Positions 40,752 to 50,814 of a stretch of 64,000 bases of DNA are shown here, in pieces. The translations under genes were made by a program, and so were the position numbers. The notes beneath the pieces were generated by a model. The model was not told where the DNA came from and ran no database searches. It was given only the letters and a program-made list of their open reading frames with translations. How positions within the stretch are numbered: position 1 is the stretch's first letter; every line of letters begins with the position of its first letter. The stretch is from Patescibacteria group bacterium (lineage in GTDB: Bacteria > Patescibacteriota > Minisyncoccia > UBA6257 > JACRHW01): NCBI GenBank assembly GCA_028865725.1, contig JAGWJP010000002.1, forward strand, positions 40,050-104,049, read 5' to 3'.

Positions 40752-41798
40752 TTAATGATGAATCTGTTGCACCTTCGACCGATGATGCAAAAATGTAATC
40801 TCAGTAATCAGAAAAGTAAACATTGCGCATACTGTCGCTTGTAACATCCCTATTCCTACACCCAATAGGGGCGACGAAAAAACAAAATATGGTGTGACGA
40901 TTGCGATGGTCGCAATCAATACCAATATTGCTCCTGTACTTATCATACCAAAAATATGAAATGAGCGCACAAGTATGATCACCCACTCTTGGAACGCTAA
41001 CACCAATGCGGTGGTAAGCCATCGTATATCAAGAAAACGAAGATGATGAGGAACCGGTTTCATTTCCACCATACGAACTGAACTCGTTTTAATGAAGGTG
41101 AGAGTGAGCGCGGCAAAGATAAACGCCTGTATGATTCCCACAAATACCTCCAATATCATAAACGGAAGAGGAATGATGTAGGGAATAAGTGCCGATACCA
41201 CAAGTAATAGCACCTCTCCGGCAAACATATTGCCGAAAAGACGAAAAGAGAACGAGACTGTTTTAATAATTTCGGAGAGTATTTCAAAAAAACCAAGAAT
41301 ACACTGGACAATTCCGGATATGTTTAAGAATCGTTGTATATATGACGCGATCCCCAAAACAGAAATCGAAAAATACTGAATTGACGCTACTGCACATAAT
41401 GCCAATGCTATTGTGGTGGTAAGATCGCTATTCGGAGAACGCAAAAAAGGCACGGTCGTACCTCCCGTTCGCACTACGAATGAACCAGAAAATCCCGGGA
41501 TAAGCTCTAAAAGATTAGCGGTACCAATAAAAACAAACAGCGTAGCAATGAGGGGAAAAATTTTTTTTGAAAGTACACGATCGTGCGTCACGCTGTCAAT
41601 AAAATGCAGAAGATCCACCACGTATACACGCATTGCTTTTATCACGATCATCTCACTTTCTTGATTAAAATAAAATATCAAGCCCAACGCAATAAGAACG
41701 AAAGTGGTAAGTATCGATGTAAAAAACGTATTCGTGATCAATACCCCGTGAAAAGAAATGATATATTCCGGTTGTAATCGAATCGTGATAACCATCAT
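40752..41798 (-). CDS. atpB: F-type ATP synthase subunit a (with extra C-terminal extension)
   Basis: Conserved Arg-containing motif FSFRLFGNMFAGE; 348 aa (longer than typical). Confidence 0.8.
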   Translation of the reverse strand: MMVITIRLQPEYIISFHGVLITNTFFTSILTTFVLIALGLIFYFNQESEMIVIKAMRVYVVDLLHFIDSVTHDRVLSKKIFPLIATLFVFIGTANLLELIPGFSGSFVVRTGGTTVPFLRSPNSDLTTTIALALCAVASIQYFSISVLGIASYIQRFLNISGIVQCILGFFEILSEIIKTVSFSFRLFGNMFAGEVLLLVVSALIPYIIPLPFMILEVFVGIIQAFIFAALTLTFIKTSSVRMVEMKPVPHHLRFLDIRWLTTALVLAFQEWVIILVRSFHIFGMISTGAILVLIATIAIVTPYFVFSSPLLGVGIGMLQATVCAMFTFLITEITFLHHRSKVQQIHH

Positions 41799-41801
41799 CC
41801 A

Positions 41802-42059
41802 TTATTCATCCTCATCATGACTCAAAAGCGGCATAAGAAGGTGAGTGATCTCATATACCGTAAGCACAATCCCCAGAAAAATTCCTATACTCACACCAAG
41901 AGGCGAGATATTCCATGCTCGATCTACTGCATTACCTAGCCACATCATAAAGGCTATTGGAAGAACAATATAAAATCCCAATTGCCACGCGAGTGATACC
42001 GCATACCATACCTTGAATTGATCGTGTTGTGTCCCCCGTATACTCTTCATGGATTCCAT
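41802..42059 (-). CDS. small membrane protein, AtpI/AtpZ-like (position-based)
   Basis: 85 aa, two TM helices, directly upstream of atpB as atpI/atpZ usually are. Confidence 0.4.
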   Translation of the reverse strand: MESMKSIRGTQHDQFKVWYAVSLAWQLGFYIVLPIAFMMWLGNAVDRAWNISPLGVSIGIFLGIVLTVYEITHLLMPLLSHDEDE

Positions 42060-42136
42060 TCTTTCTTATATTATACCGCGCAATCCTACCGTGAGGAAAC
42101 GTGCTACGTTTATAAAACATGAGATACAAATATTCC

Positions 42137-43177
42137 TTATTTCTTTCTAAAAAACAATCGATCAAGCGTAAAACGTTCCGGCTGTACTAACAAATTAAGC
42201 GAGATTCCGTAAAGCAATACATGCGGCCACACTAATTCCCGAAAGTAAATAAGCGAAAGCGTGATATAAAAAAGGCTGATGAGCACAGTAAGGCGCAATT
42301 CAAATCCCAAAAAGATAAAAAGACCAATTGCAAACTCGGCAAGCCCCGCCCCTAACGTCACGAGAACTGGATCACTAGGAAATAACCAATGAAATTGAGT
42401 GAGATGCCATGTGGTTACTACATGAATTGTAAGTGCAGGATGCAAAAACTTAACCACGAGAGCCGCATACATAAGCGCGATACCATAGCACACACGCACG
42501 ATGGTGGTTTCATAACGTTTCCAACTTTCAAAAAAAACATGTGTGCCCCGCAATACTCTATCAAACGACCACGTACGCGTCCCAAATAACAGTAGCGCCA
42601 CAATCTCACCAAAATAGTTAAGATACGTTACCATATACATTCCAAATGTGCGCCACCCGATTAAAAAGATGATGAGTGTAATGAACGCTGCAATTTCTGT
42701 GTACCACCCTACAGCAATTAGAATACTCGACACAAAAAGAAGAGCACGTAAAAGAACGGGCACGGGCATCTGCCGTAATAATAATTCAGGTCCCAAAAAA
42801 CTCCAACTGAGCGCAGAATAAAAAAATGCTATCGCGATTGCACTGCGAACAAAAAGAGAGCCATAAGGAGCAAGGTGCTCAAACGCATGATGTACCCGCA
42901 TACCCAACCTTGTCCTGCGAAACCATGCATTCAAAAAAAGAACTACGAGAAATCCTCCTACTACTTGCAATGTGATATGCAGATCAACCTTATTTTTAAG
43001 CGCCTCCCATGCCTGTGCACTCACGGGCGCCGCAAGCTGCTGCCAAAAGTAATCTCGATTCACGACATATGCTTCATGGGCATAAGCAAAACCAGCAGAT
43101 AAAAACCACAACGCGACACCTGAGCCTGCAGACACAACGATACGCATTAATATCTTGAACACGGGAACGCGACGCAT
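42137..43177 (-). CDS. hypothetical polytopic membrane protein with signal peptide
   Basis: 346 aa; N-terminal signal sequence and ~9 TM helices. Confidence 0.45.
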   Translation of the reverse strand: MRRVPVFKILMRIVVSAGSGVALWFLSAGFAYAHEAYVVNRDYFWQQLAAPVSAQAWEALKNKVDLHITLQVVGGFLVVLFLNAWFRRTRLGMRVHHAFEHLAPYGSLFVRSAIAIAFFYSALSWSFLGPELLLRQMPVPVLLRALLFVSSILIAVGWYTEIAAFITLIIFLIGWRTFGMYMVTYLNYFGEIVALLLFGTRTWSFDRVLRGTHVFFESWKRYETTIVRVCYGIALMYAALVVKFLHPALTIHVVTTWHLTQFHWLFPSDPVLVTLGAGLAEFAIGLFIFLGFELRLTVLISLFYITLSLIYFRELVWPHVLLYGISLNLLVQPERFTLDRLFFRKK

Positions 43178-43188
43178 AATACGTTATA

Positions 43189-43575
43189 TTATATTCCTCC
43201 AAACAGATTAAATATATGCACGACGATCATGTACAGTGCGGCACACACAAAAAAAGAAAGAAGTCCGGTACCAATCGCGATGCGTGATCCCCATTTGGGC
43301 GCGAAAAGAGCTACTATAAGCATATAAGGCACCCACGACACCAAAGTACCTATTAGCACAAACCACGCATGCTGCCCTACCGCGCCTCCTCCTTGCGATT
43401 CACCGATAAAAATATAGGCGATCAAGGTAAATACGGGTATGAGAGTGGCAAATCCAGAAAGGAGCCGCGACCCATGCTCTTCAAGTCCTACAATCAAAGA
43501 AACAAATGCGCCTCCTACGAAAAAATAAAGAAGATAATGTTTAATAACGTGCATATCATATATATCGTACCACAT
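43189..43575 (-). CDS. hypothetical small membrane protein (4 TM)
   Basis: Start taken at MWYDIYDMHV; four hydrophobic helices. Confidence 0.4.
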   Translation of the reverse strand: MWYDIYDMHVIKHYLLYFFVGGAFVSLIVGLEEHGSRLLSGFATLIPVFTLIAYIFIGESQGGGAVGQHAWFVLIGTLVSWVPYMLIVALFAPKWGSRIAIGTGLLSFFVCAALYMIVVHIFNLFGGI

Positions 43576-43627
43576 AACCTTCCGAATATAAAAAACGCGC
43601 GACAGTGGTGCGCGTGTTATATTTTTA

Positions 43628-44242
43628 TTAATGAGATAAGGTATGTTCCATGGCAGCCGCCACAGTCGCCTCAAGCGTGTTATGAATCTGAAAAGAACAA
43701 CGTAGTTGGGTATCGAAATTGAGTTGAATCTGTTTCAGGCCTGGAAATTCTGCTTCTGCGCCAACCACCATCTTAAGTTTTGGGTTGTACGCCATATGCG
43801 CGCGCCATTCGCCAAGCTCTCCTCGCGTTTCTCGGGCATACGGCCCATCATTAGAATCACGTGGATGTTCCCTACTTTCGCAAGGAAGCCAGAACAAAAT
43901 GCATCCCATCTGCGCAGCCATAGAAAGATAATAACGTTCCCATAACGTCTGATGCTGAAACGTACGCGCAAGATCGTGACTTTCCACTTCATACTGACGT
44001 AGAGAGTGGTCTCTAGGATAATGAGAAGGAATTGCCACACAGCAATAACGAAACTGCGAAGAAAGCGGCAAATAACGCTCCATAATCAAGTTCACACATT
44101 GCATTTGCCAATCGCCCCCACCCCGTACCGGACCGGCCAAAAAAATCAAGATATCCCTATCAGGCGACATACCTCCAGGCATATAAAACGTATTGGGTAA
44201 AATGACCCTTGGGGTACGCCTTGACAGTTCAAAATTCGTCAT
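43628..44242 (-). CDS. hypothetical protein, possibly nucleoside 2-deoxyribosyltransferase-like Rossmann fold
   Basis: ILIFLAGPVRGGGDWQ resembles the P-loop-like motif of the DRTase/LOG-type fold; weak. Confidence 0.35.
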   Translation of the reverse strand: MTNFELSRRTPRVILPNTFYMPGGMSPDRDILIFLAGPVRGGGDWQMQCVNLIMERYLPLSSQFRYCCVAIPSHYPRDHSLRQYEVESHDLARTFQHQTLWERYYLSMAAQMGCILFWLPCESREHPRDSNDGPYARETRGELGEWRAHMAYNPKLKMVVGAEAEFPGLKQIQLNFDTQLRCSFQIHNTLEATVAAAMEHTLSH

Positions 44243-44373
44243 ACTATTCTCCTTCAGTTTTCTATGAACCACTTGCAGTATATCACGGATATATTATTGT
44301 GTAAACTTGCTATAATCTATATTATGTGATACAGTAATTTCCAACTACGCACGCAGAAAGGATTTCGTAGAGA

Positions 44374-44763
44374 ATGAATATAAAAAATGTGACAGAGCAA
44401 AAACTTGCCCTCGATCTTTGCAAAACACGCTCGACATGTCGCAGGGCACGCATGGCAGCAGTCTTAAGTGACAAGCAGGGCATTTTTGCATGGGGATGGA
44501 ACCATATGCTCTCTACTACAAAAACAGCGGGTAGCGGTATGCATGCTGAACACCATGCGATACGTCGGGCCAATAGGAACCGCCTTCGCGGTGCAACGCT
44601 CACTGTCGCAGGAATATCATCAGGAAATAATAAAAATCCCCTTCTCTCAAAACCTTGCGAGCACTGTCTTGCGCTTGCAATGAAATATGGCATAAAAAGA
44701 ATCGTCTATCTCACAAAAGATGGGACCTGGGCGGCACTCATACTTACCTATCAGGAAGTTTAA
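44374..44763 (+). CDS. CMP/dCMP (cytidine) deaminase-family zinc enzyme
   Basis: HAEHHAI (H[AC]E) and PCEHC (PCxxC) zinc-binding signature. Confidence 0.75.
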   Translation: MNIKNVTEQKLALDLCKTRSTCRRARMAAVLSDKQGIFAWGWNHMLSTTKTAGSGMHAEHHAIRRANRNRLRGATLTVAGISSGNNKNPLLSKPCEHCLALAMKYGIKRIVYLTKDGTWAALILTYQEV

Positions 44764-44791
44764 TACCTGGCGCATATGCCAGGTATTTTTA
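44764..44791 (+). terminator. Rho-independent terminator after the deaminase gene
   Basis: atacctggc-gcatat-gccaggtat followed by ttttt. Confidence 0.6.
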
Positions 44792-45022
44792 TTACACTCC
44801 GCTCCTCTTCCGCGTGTCATAATAATATAATATATAGCGTGATCACATACCCCAGCCTCTCTGAACCTCATCGCAAGTGCATGAGAACATTTTATTACAT
44901 ACTCACGATGAGCTTAAAAAATAACACGGCGATAATCATTCGAACCCACACGAAATTTATGGGTATCAGCTTCTTCAGATTTTCCTATAAAAAGGAAGTG
45001 AACGCCTAATTTCGCCCGTACT

Positions 45023-47419
45023 TCATAAATTTTCAAGCGCCTTACGCGTCAAAGGACCCACCATGCCAATGGGTGCAATACCGTGTTCAGTTTGAAACGT
45101 GCGGACGCCTGCGGCAGTAAGCGGCCCGTAATATCCGGTGATAGGGCCCGTATAATAGCCGCCTCGAGTAAGGTATATTTGAAGATTCGTTACCTCATCT
45201 CCCCGCGAACCCATACTTATATTCTGAGAGAGTGATAACATCTTCGTCTGCGACAAAAGCGAAGAGATATCATCGTGTGAAATGAACGTATTCAGCACAC
45301 CGCGCGTCAAAGGACCCACTATGCCAACGGGTGCAATACCGTGTTCGGCTTGAAACGCACGGACGCCTGCGGCGGTAAGCGGCCCGTAATATCCGGTGAT
45401 AGGGCCCGTATACACATGGAGATGAGCGAGGAGAGTTTGGAGTACAACCACACTATCACTCTTAGCGCCCTGAGAAAGAAACGTGGTAAAAATGAGATTC
45501 CGCGTAGATGAAGAGACTGATTCATTCGGTAACACTACCTCCGGAGTCGCGGTTTTTACTACAGGCTCTTCAGTTGATTCAGGAAGTGAAACAGGAGACT
45601 CCACTATCGTTTTTGAAATCGGTAGGGTGGTAGAAGAGGCAGAAGATGAAGAGACTGATTCATTAGTATTTTCTACGCCGGAAAAAGAACTGCCTCCTCC
45701 GACAAAATGAACAAATGTAACCTTGCTTTGATCCGTTGTTGCAGAAACTTCGGTGCCTCTGTTTCCTACGGAATCTTGAAAATCAATCGTAAAAGGGATC
45801 TGACCCGTGGCATCGCTTGAAACAAGAGTATACGATGTTGTCCATGTATTTCCTGTAGTATTGGTAGAAGCTACACTATGCCCCAGAAGCGTTACAGTAG
45901 GCGTTGAGATAGATTCGCTTGCAGTAAACGTAAGCGTCACGGAGTCACCCGCCACAGCATGGCTCGGAATAGTATTATTTGATCCAATGGAAACCCCTGA
46001 AAGCAAAGGAGCCTGACCGTCTGAAAGTGCAATCGACTGATCGTGGGGAACAAGAACATTCGTCACCCCGTTTGCGTCGGTAACCGCGTTTTCATCGGCA
46101 TAAAGACCCAGCGCAGCTGTGGTCGATGCAGAGGTATTACTCCATGGAGAACCTGAAAATGTAAGCTCAACCTTCCAAGGAGATGAGGAATTTATGATGG
46201 TGGCGCTTGATGCCGTAAGCGGCGAGACGCCTCCACCGTTTTGATCTACGTGCCAATCAGCTGCCGATATCGCAGAAAGCGTAGAACTTGTATCCGTAAG
46301 GTTAACAAGGAGTGTTGAGGGAGACGTAATGGAAGCAGAATCTACAGTAATAATGGGAGAAAAAATTTGAACGCGCTGATTGCTAAAATCAACCACATAT
46401 GCAAGCGAAGAGCTTGAAAATGCGAGAGCAACAGAACCGCTAAACTGACCATCTCCGGAGCCAGACGATCCGAATGTGGAGAGATAATTTCCCGCGCTGT
46501 CGAACACTTCGATGCGATTGTTGCTGTAATCTGAGACATAAACACCAGAAGAGCTCGAAATCGCAACTCCGAACGGTAATGCAAATTGACCGTTTCCGCT
46601 TCCTGAAATCCCTTGTTGGCATTGCGAAGTACAAACTTCAAACGAAGATGCACCGTCCTTTACCCCCCACCCAAAGGTAGATATGAAATTTCCCGCGCTG
46701 TCGAACACTTCGATGCGATGGTTACTCTCATCAGCAACATAGACATCTGATGAACTCGAAAGAGCAATACCCGTAGGACTTTGTAACTCTCCCGTGCTTG
46801 TTCCTAGCGTTCCAAATTGAGAGAGATAATTTCCCGCGCTGTCGAACACTTCGATGCGATTATTAAAATGATCAGAAACAAATAGTTGCGAGGAACTTGA
46901 AAGAGCAATATTTGCCGGACGGCTTAGTTGTCCGTTTCCAGACCCTGCAATGCCTGCTTGACAGTTTGACGTACAGATTTCAAATGTCGAAGATCCATTG
47001 CTCACGCCCCACCCGAACGTAGAAATAAAGTTACCTGCGCTATCGAACACGTCGATGCGATTGTTATTGTAATCCACAACATACATATCGGAAGAACTTG
47101 AAAAAGCAATACCTGTCGGAGAATTCATCTGACCGGCACCTGAGCCCAAAGATCCAAATTGGGAGAGATAATTTCCCGCGCTGTCGAACACTTCGATGCG
47201 ATTGTTGACGTTGTCCGCAACGTACACTTGAGAAGAGGTGGAAATGGCAATCTCACGCGGACCGCTAAACTGGCCGCTTCCGGATCCGGATGAGCCAAAT
47301 TTTGAGAAATAGGTATAAGAACTCGCCGCATGTACAGTATCCGCGATACCAAAAGTGCCCACCATGCCCATGGCAACAAAAAAAATCAACAGTATGATAC
47401 GACGCGCACGAAAATACAT
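45023..47419 (-). CDS. secreted NHL-repeat beta-propeller protein with Ser/Thr-rich stalk and two C-terminal peptidoglycan-binding domains
   Basis: Signal peptide; six NHL repeats (NNRIEVFDSAGNYLSQFG); two PG_binding_1-like copies (GPITGYYGPLTAAGVRAFQAEHGIAPVGIVGPLTR). Confidence 0.75.
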   Translation of the reverse strand: MYFRARRIILLIFFVAMGMVGTFGIADTVHAASSYTYFSKFGSSGSGSGQFSGPREIAISTSSQVYVADNVNNRIEVFDSAGNYLSQFGSLGSGAGQMNSPTGIAFSSSSDMYVVDYNNNRIDVFDSAGNFISTFGWGVSNGSSTFEICTSNCQAGIAGSGNGQLSRPANIALSSSSQLFVSDHFNNRIEVFDSAGNYLSQFGTLGTSTGELQSPTGIALSSSSDVYVADESNHRIEVFDSAGNFISTFGWGVKDGASSFEVCTSQCQQGISGSGNGQFALPFGVAISSSSGVYVSDYSNNRIEVFDSAGNYLSTFGSSGSGDGQFSGSVALAFSSSSLAYVVDFSNQRVQIFSPIITVDSASITSPSTLLVNLTDTSSTLSAISAADWHVDQNGGGVSPLTASSATIINSSSPWKVELTFSGSPWSNTSASTTAALGLYADENAVTDANGVTNVLVPHDQSIALSDGQAPLLSGVSIGSNNTIPSHAVAGDSVTLTFTASESISTPTVTLLGHSVASTNTTGNTWTTSYTLVSSDATGQIPFTIDFQDSVGNRGTEVSATTDQSKVTFVHFVGGGSSFSGVENTNESVSSSSASSTTLPISKTIVESPVSLPESTEEPVVKTATPEVVLPNESVSSSTRNLIFTTFLSQGAKSDSVVVLQTLLAHLHVYTGPITGYYGPLTAAGVRAFQAEHGIAPVGIVGPLTRGVLNTFISHDDISSLLSQTKMLSLSQNISMGSRGDEVTNLQIYLTRGGYYTGPITGYYGPLTAAGVRTFQTEHGIAPIGMVGPLTRKALENL

Positions 47420-47574
47420 TGCAAGGTAATTAAAAACTTGACTCCTGCGCTGTGAAGAAGAAGCGACGAGTTATTATTTTGATTATACGTTTGTCTATGC
47501 GCCGTTTCTAGCGGATCGTGTGGATAACTCATCTGGTAACATGGGAAACGCGCGAAATACATGCCACAGGTTTT

Positions 47575-48462
47575 TTACGACTCCTCACTTCTCCATCGCG
47601 CAAAAATACCGCAGGGCAATAATCGTTTTCCTATAGATTCTCTAATCGTAAGCTCTCCCGACTCCACCTTACCGCCATAACGATACACCACGCTCTCCAC
47701 ATTATAGCGATATGCCAATTGTGAGTATCCTGCCGCATAACCGTTTACAAGGAAAAAAAGCGGTTGAGGAGAGAGGATGGATTTGCATGCATCCACTAAT
47801 ACCGTAAAATCATTTTCGATATGCCAGAGCGTACCGTTCGGTCCGCGTCCAAACGCAGGAGGATCAAGGATAATGCCATCGTAGGTATGTCCTCTCTTGA
47901 TCTCTCGTTTCACAAATGCGCGTGCGTCATCCAGAATCCAACGAATCGGCTTTTCATAAAAACCCGAAAGCCTTGCATTATCACGCGCCCAAGTAAGAGC
48001 CGATTTTGAGGCATCCACATGGCACACCTCTGCCCCTTCTGCGGCTGCTGCAAGCGAAGCGCCGCCCGTATAACCGAACAAATTTAATACAGAAACAGAC
48101 CTTTCTGCATTACGAATCGTCTCACGCACCCACTGCCAATTAGGTATCTGTTCAGGAAACACGCCCGTATGCTTAAAGGCGGTCGGACGAATATGAAAAT
48201 GAAGACCATCAAATGCAATACTCCATGTTTCGGGCACAGATGCCGTGCCATTCCATTTTCCGTCCTTTCCTTCACGAACAAACTGTGCATGCGCCGCGTC
48301 CCACAACGCAGGATCTGTTTTATGCCATAACGCCTGCGGATCCGGGCGCCGCAGGATCACGGTGCCATACCGCTCAAGCTTTTCGCCGTCTCCGCTATCC
48401 ATCAATTCATAATCCGCCGATGGCTCGGTAACCGTAATACATGATAGTGATACATCATTCAT
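47575..48462 (-). CDS. class I SAM-dependent rRNA methyltransferase (RlmI/RlmK-like, PUA-less short form)
   Basis: LNLFGYTGGASLAAAAEGAEVCHVDAS SAM-binding motif and RlmI-like C-terminal catalytic region. Confidence 0.65.
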   Translation of the reverse strand: MNDVSLSCITVTEPSADYELMDSGDGEKLERYGTVILRRPDPQALWHKTDPALWDAAHAQFVREGKDGKWNGTASVPETWSIAFDGLHFHIRPTAFKHTGVFPEQIPNWQWVRETIRNAERSVSVLNLFGYTGGASLAAAAEGAEVCHVDASKSALTWARDNARLSGFYEKPIRWILDDARAFVKREIKRGHTYDGIILDPPAFGRGPNGTLWHIENDFTVLVDACKSILSPQPLFFLVNGYAAGYSQLAYRYNVESVVYRYGGKVESGELTIRESIGKRLLPCGIFARWRSEES

Positions 48463-48514
48463 AGTTCTTACCCTATCAAAAAAATATGATTTTGACCACT
48501 TAAAAGTAACGACA

Positions 48515-49117
48515 TTGTCACACAAAAAAAATAATGCGAGAATGAGTGATAACCAACGTACGCAATATCTTATGGAAGAACACTACACTCCCGCACATCA
48601 TAAGAATAACCCTGAGAAATCTGAAGCATCAACAAATCCTTTTGAATTAGGACCCGATCCCGAGGGTGAGTTAAAAGCCTTTATACGATACCTTGCGATG
48701 GCAAAGGAAGGCGTTAGTTACTTTATTTGCACACCAGAGGATCGAGAAAAAACTGTAGAACAAATAAAAAAAGAGCTTGAGCACATACGCGGTATCAACG
48801 AAATAAATATCACTATACCTCCTGATACGGATTTTAACGCCTTTCAGCCCCTACAACTCTATTTTGAAATTGAGGAATTAAAACAAAAAGGCGCGATTCA
48901 GAATAATAATATTATTTTTATCTACGGAATTGAAAACGTACAAAAAGACCTGCGCACATTTGTGGGCTTAAATCATTCACGCAATTCAATAATTCCGCGA
49001 AATGGGCCTATTGTATTTTGGCTTCCTAGTCCCAATCTCCTTCGTATATTCTCTCAAAATGCACCCGACTTCTTTTCCGCACGATCGGGAGTCTATATCT
49101 ATTCTTCCGAGGATTAA
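48515..49117 (+). CDS. hypothetical protein (200 aa)
   Basis: Uninterrupted ORF; no family recognised. Confidence 0.4.
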   Translation: MSHKKNNARMSDNQRTQYLMEEHYTPAHHKNNPEKSEASTNPFELGPDPEGELKAFIRYLAMAKEGVSYFICTPEDREKTVEQIKKELEHIRGINEINITIPPDTDFNAFQPLQLYFEIEELKQKGAIQNNNIIFIYGIENVQKDLRTFVGLNHSRNSIIPRNGPIVFWLPSPNLLRIFSQNAPDFFSARSGVYIYSSED

Positions 49118-49236
49118 AAACACGAGACAATTACACACAAAACCATACGTCTCAACAAGAAAAAAATCCCTCTTTTGACTTTCTGTGCACGTTTTGGTTT
49201 GATAACGATAGTTCATTTGCATGAGGTGAAAAATCA

Positions 49237-49806
49237 ATGGCGCTGCCGCCACGCATACCAGTTGATACTTTACTACACTTAATCGATGAACCTTATCAAT
49301 CTGCGTGCCGAACAATTCTTCAGGAACATCGGGTCCTCTTCCAGACTGTCCAAGGTTCCACCCATAATCACCAAGCATGGCCCGGCGGATACTACGACCA
49401 CGTTCAAGAAGTGATGAATTTTGCGCCTCATCTCTATGCCATCGCGAGCAGATGGTTTGACACGCTTCCCTTCTCCTTGTCCGATGCGCTCCTCATCTTA
49501 TTCCTCCACGACATTGAAAAACCGTGGAAGTATGAATGGGGGCCTGATGGCCATCTTCAAGAAATCGAAGCATTGCGATCAAAAGACGCACAGCATGAGT
49601 TTCGTGCACGTAAACTCCATGAGTATGGCATCGTACTCACTGCTCCACAAGCGAACGCCATGAGATATGTAGAAGGAGAACTCGCAGAATATTCGAATAA
49701 GCGACGCGTAATGAACGAACTAGCCGCGTTCTGTCACTGCTGCGACACGATAAGCGCACGCATCGGTTATAATCTCCCTCAAGCAGAAGACCGCCTCCGT
49801 GGATAA
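49237..49806 (+). CDS. HD-domain phosphohydrolase-like protein
   Basis: H...HD pattern (THNHQAW...LFLHDIEKP) typical of HD metal-dependent phosphohydrolases. Confidence 0.5.
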   Translation: MALPPRIPVDTLLHLIDEPYQSACRTILQEHRVLFQTVQGSTHNHQAWPGGYYDHVQEVMNFAPHLYAIASRWFDTLPFSLSDALLILFLHDIEKPWKYEWGPDGHLQEIEALRSKDAQHEFRARKLHEYGIVLTAPQANAMRYVEGELAEYSNKRRVMNELAAFCHCCDTISARIGYNLPQAEDRLRG

Positions 49807-49820
49807 TCCCCCAAAAAACA

Positions 49821-49850
49821 AACCGGCTCAATGTGGCCGGCTTTTTGTTT
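49821..49850. terminator. bidirectional hairpin terminator between convergent genes
   Basis: ccggc-tcaatgtg-gccgg followed by ctttttg; A-run upstream. Confidence 0.55.
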
Positions 49851-50710
49851 TATATTTCTTTTCGAAGCGCATCTACAAAACGAGTATTATCATGAGGAAT
49901 AGTTAACACACGGCGTATAAGATCGTTGCATTTCACGATTTTTCCTGAACACTGTTCTATCTCTTCAAATAATGCAATCGTGTGTGCGATGCAAAACCGT
50001 GAAAACTCGGCTTCTCTCCTTTGAGGAATAGACGCCCACTCACGCGGATTTCCAAAAGGAAGTAGATAAGGCACGCCGATATTATTGCTTCCCACAAGCG
50101 ATCTTCCCGCATAAGGGACCCCGGGATAAAAATCGCGTTCACACACCTCATCGATCACCTCGTCGTAGAGTCGCACGCATTCCACTTCGCAGCCCAGTGC
50201 GATAATCTTTTCCACGCCTTTACGAATCCCTATACCCGTACACACTTTTGGAACGTTTATTCCCATTTGCTGCATTACTGTTATAAGGCGACTCATCATC
50301 ACCCCGGAAAAGATGACATCGTCAACAAGCACTACCTCGCAAAGACCCGCAGAAACTAACTCATGCATTTGGGTACGAAGAGACGGGAAACCGGTCCTTC
50401 TTCTCAGTCCGCAATTAATCCCTTCTCTCGTAACACAACGCGTAATCTCAAGCGTGTGGTCGGTGTGAGTATATATCTTCTCGAGCGACACCGGCGGAAG
50501 ACCTGCATGCAGAATACATTCGCGCATACCCTCGCGCAATTCATTCTCTTCTACAAAATCAAAATAGGGAAACATGGATCTCATCTCATCGCAAAACACC
50601 ATTCTCATCGATCGAAAGAAATTCTGATTTGGAAGAATAAATCCCAGCTCCCTAACCCATTGCTGCATAAGAATATAAATATCGGCAGACACCACATATG
50701 GAATTGCCAT
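49850..50710 (-). CDS. phosphoribosyltransferase (type I PRTase)-domain protein with extra N-terminal region
   Basis: EVVLVDDVIFSGVMMSR matches the PRPP-binding motif of type I PRTases. Start taken at MAIPYVV. Confidence 0.5.
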   Translation of the reverse strand: MAIPYVVSADIYILMQQWVRELGFILPNQNFFRSMRMVFCDEMRSMFPYFDFVEENELREGMRECILHAGLPPVSLEKIYTHTDHTLEITRCVTREGINCGLRRRTGFPSLRTQMHELVSAGLCEVVLVDDVIFSGVMMSRLITVMQQMGINVPKVCTGIGIRKGVEKIIALGCEVECVRLYDEVIDEVCERDFYPGVPYAGRSLVGSNNIGVPYLLPFGNPREWASIPQRREAEFSRFCIAHTIALFEEIEQCSGKIVKCNDLIRRVLTIPHDNTRFVDALRKEI

Positions 50711-50814
50711 TAGCACTTCTCCTCCTTTTTCAATGAACTTCCTCCCAAAAAAGAAAAACCCTTTTGGAAGGGGTTCGGTGTCATTCTTCGTGTTAATCAC
50801 AACCAACCTCTTCC

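Noticed and set aside
44322-44693. 123-aa minus-strand ORF overlapping the cytidine-deaminase gene
   Set aside because: The plus-strand ORF carries the complete HAE/PCxxC zinc-deaminase signature, and the minus-strand ORF has none.
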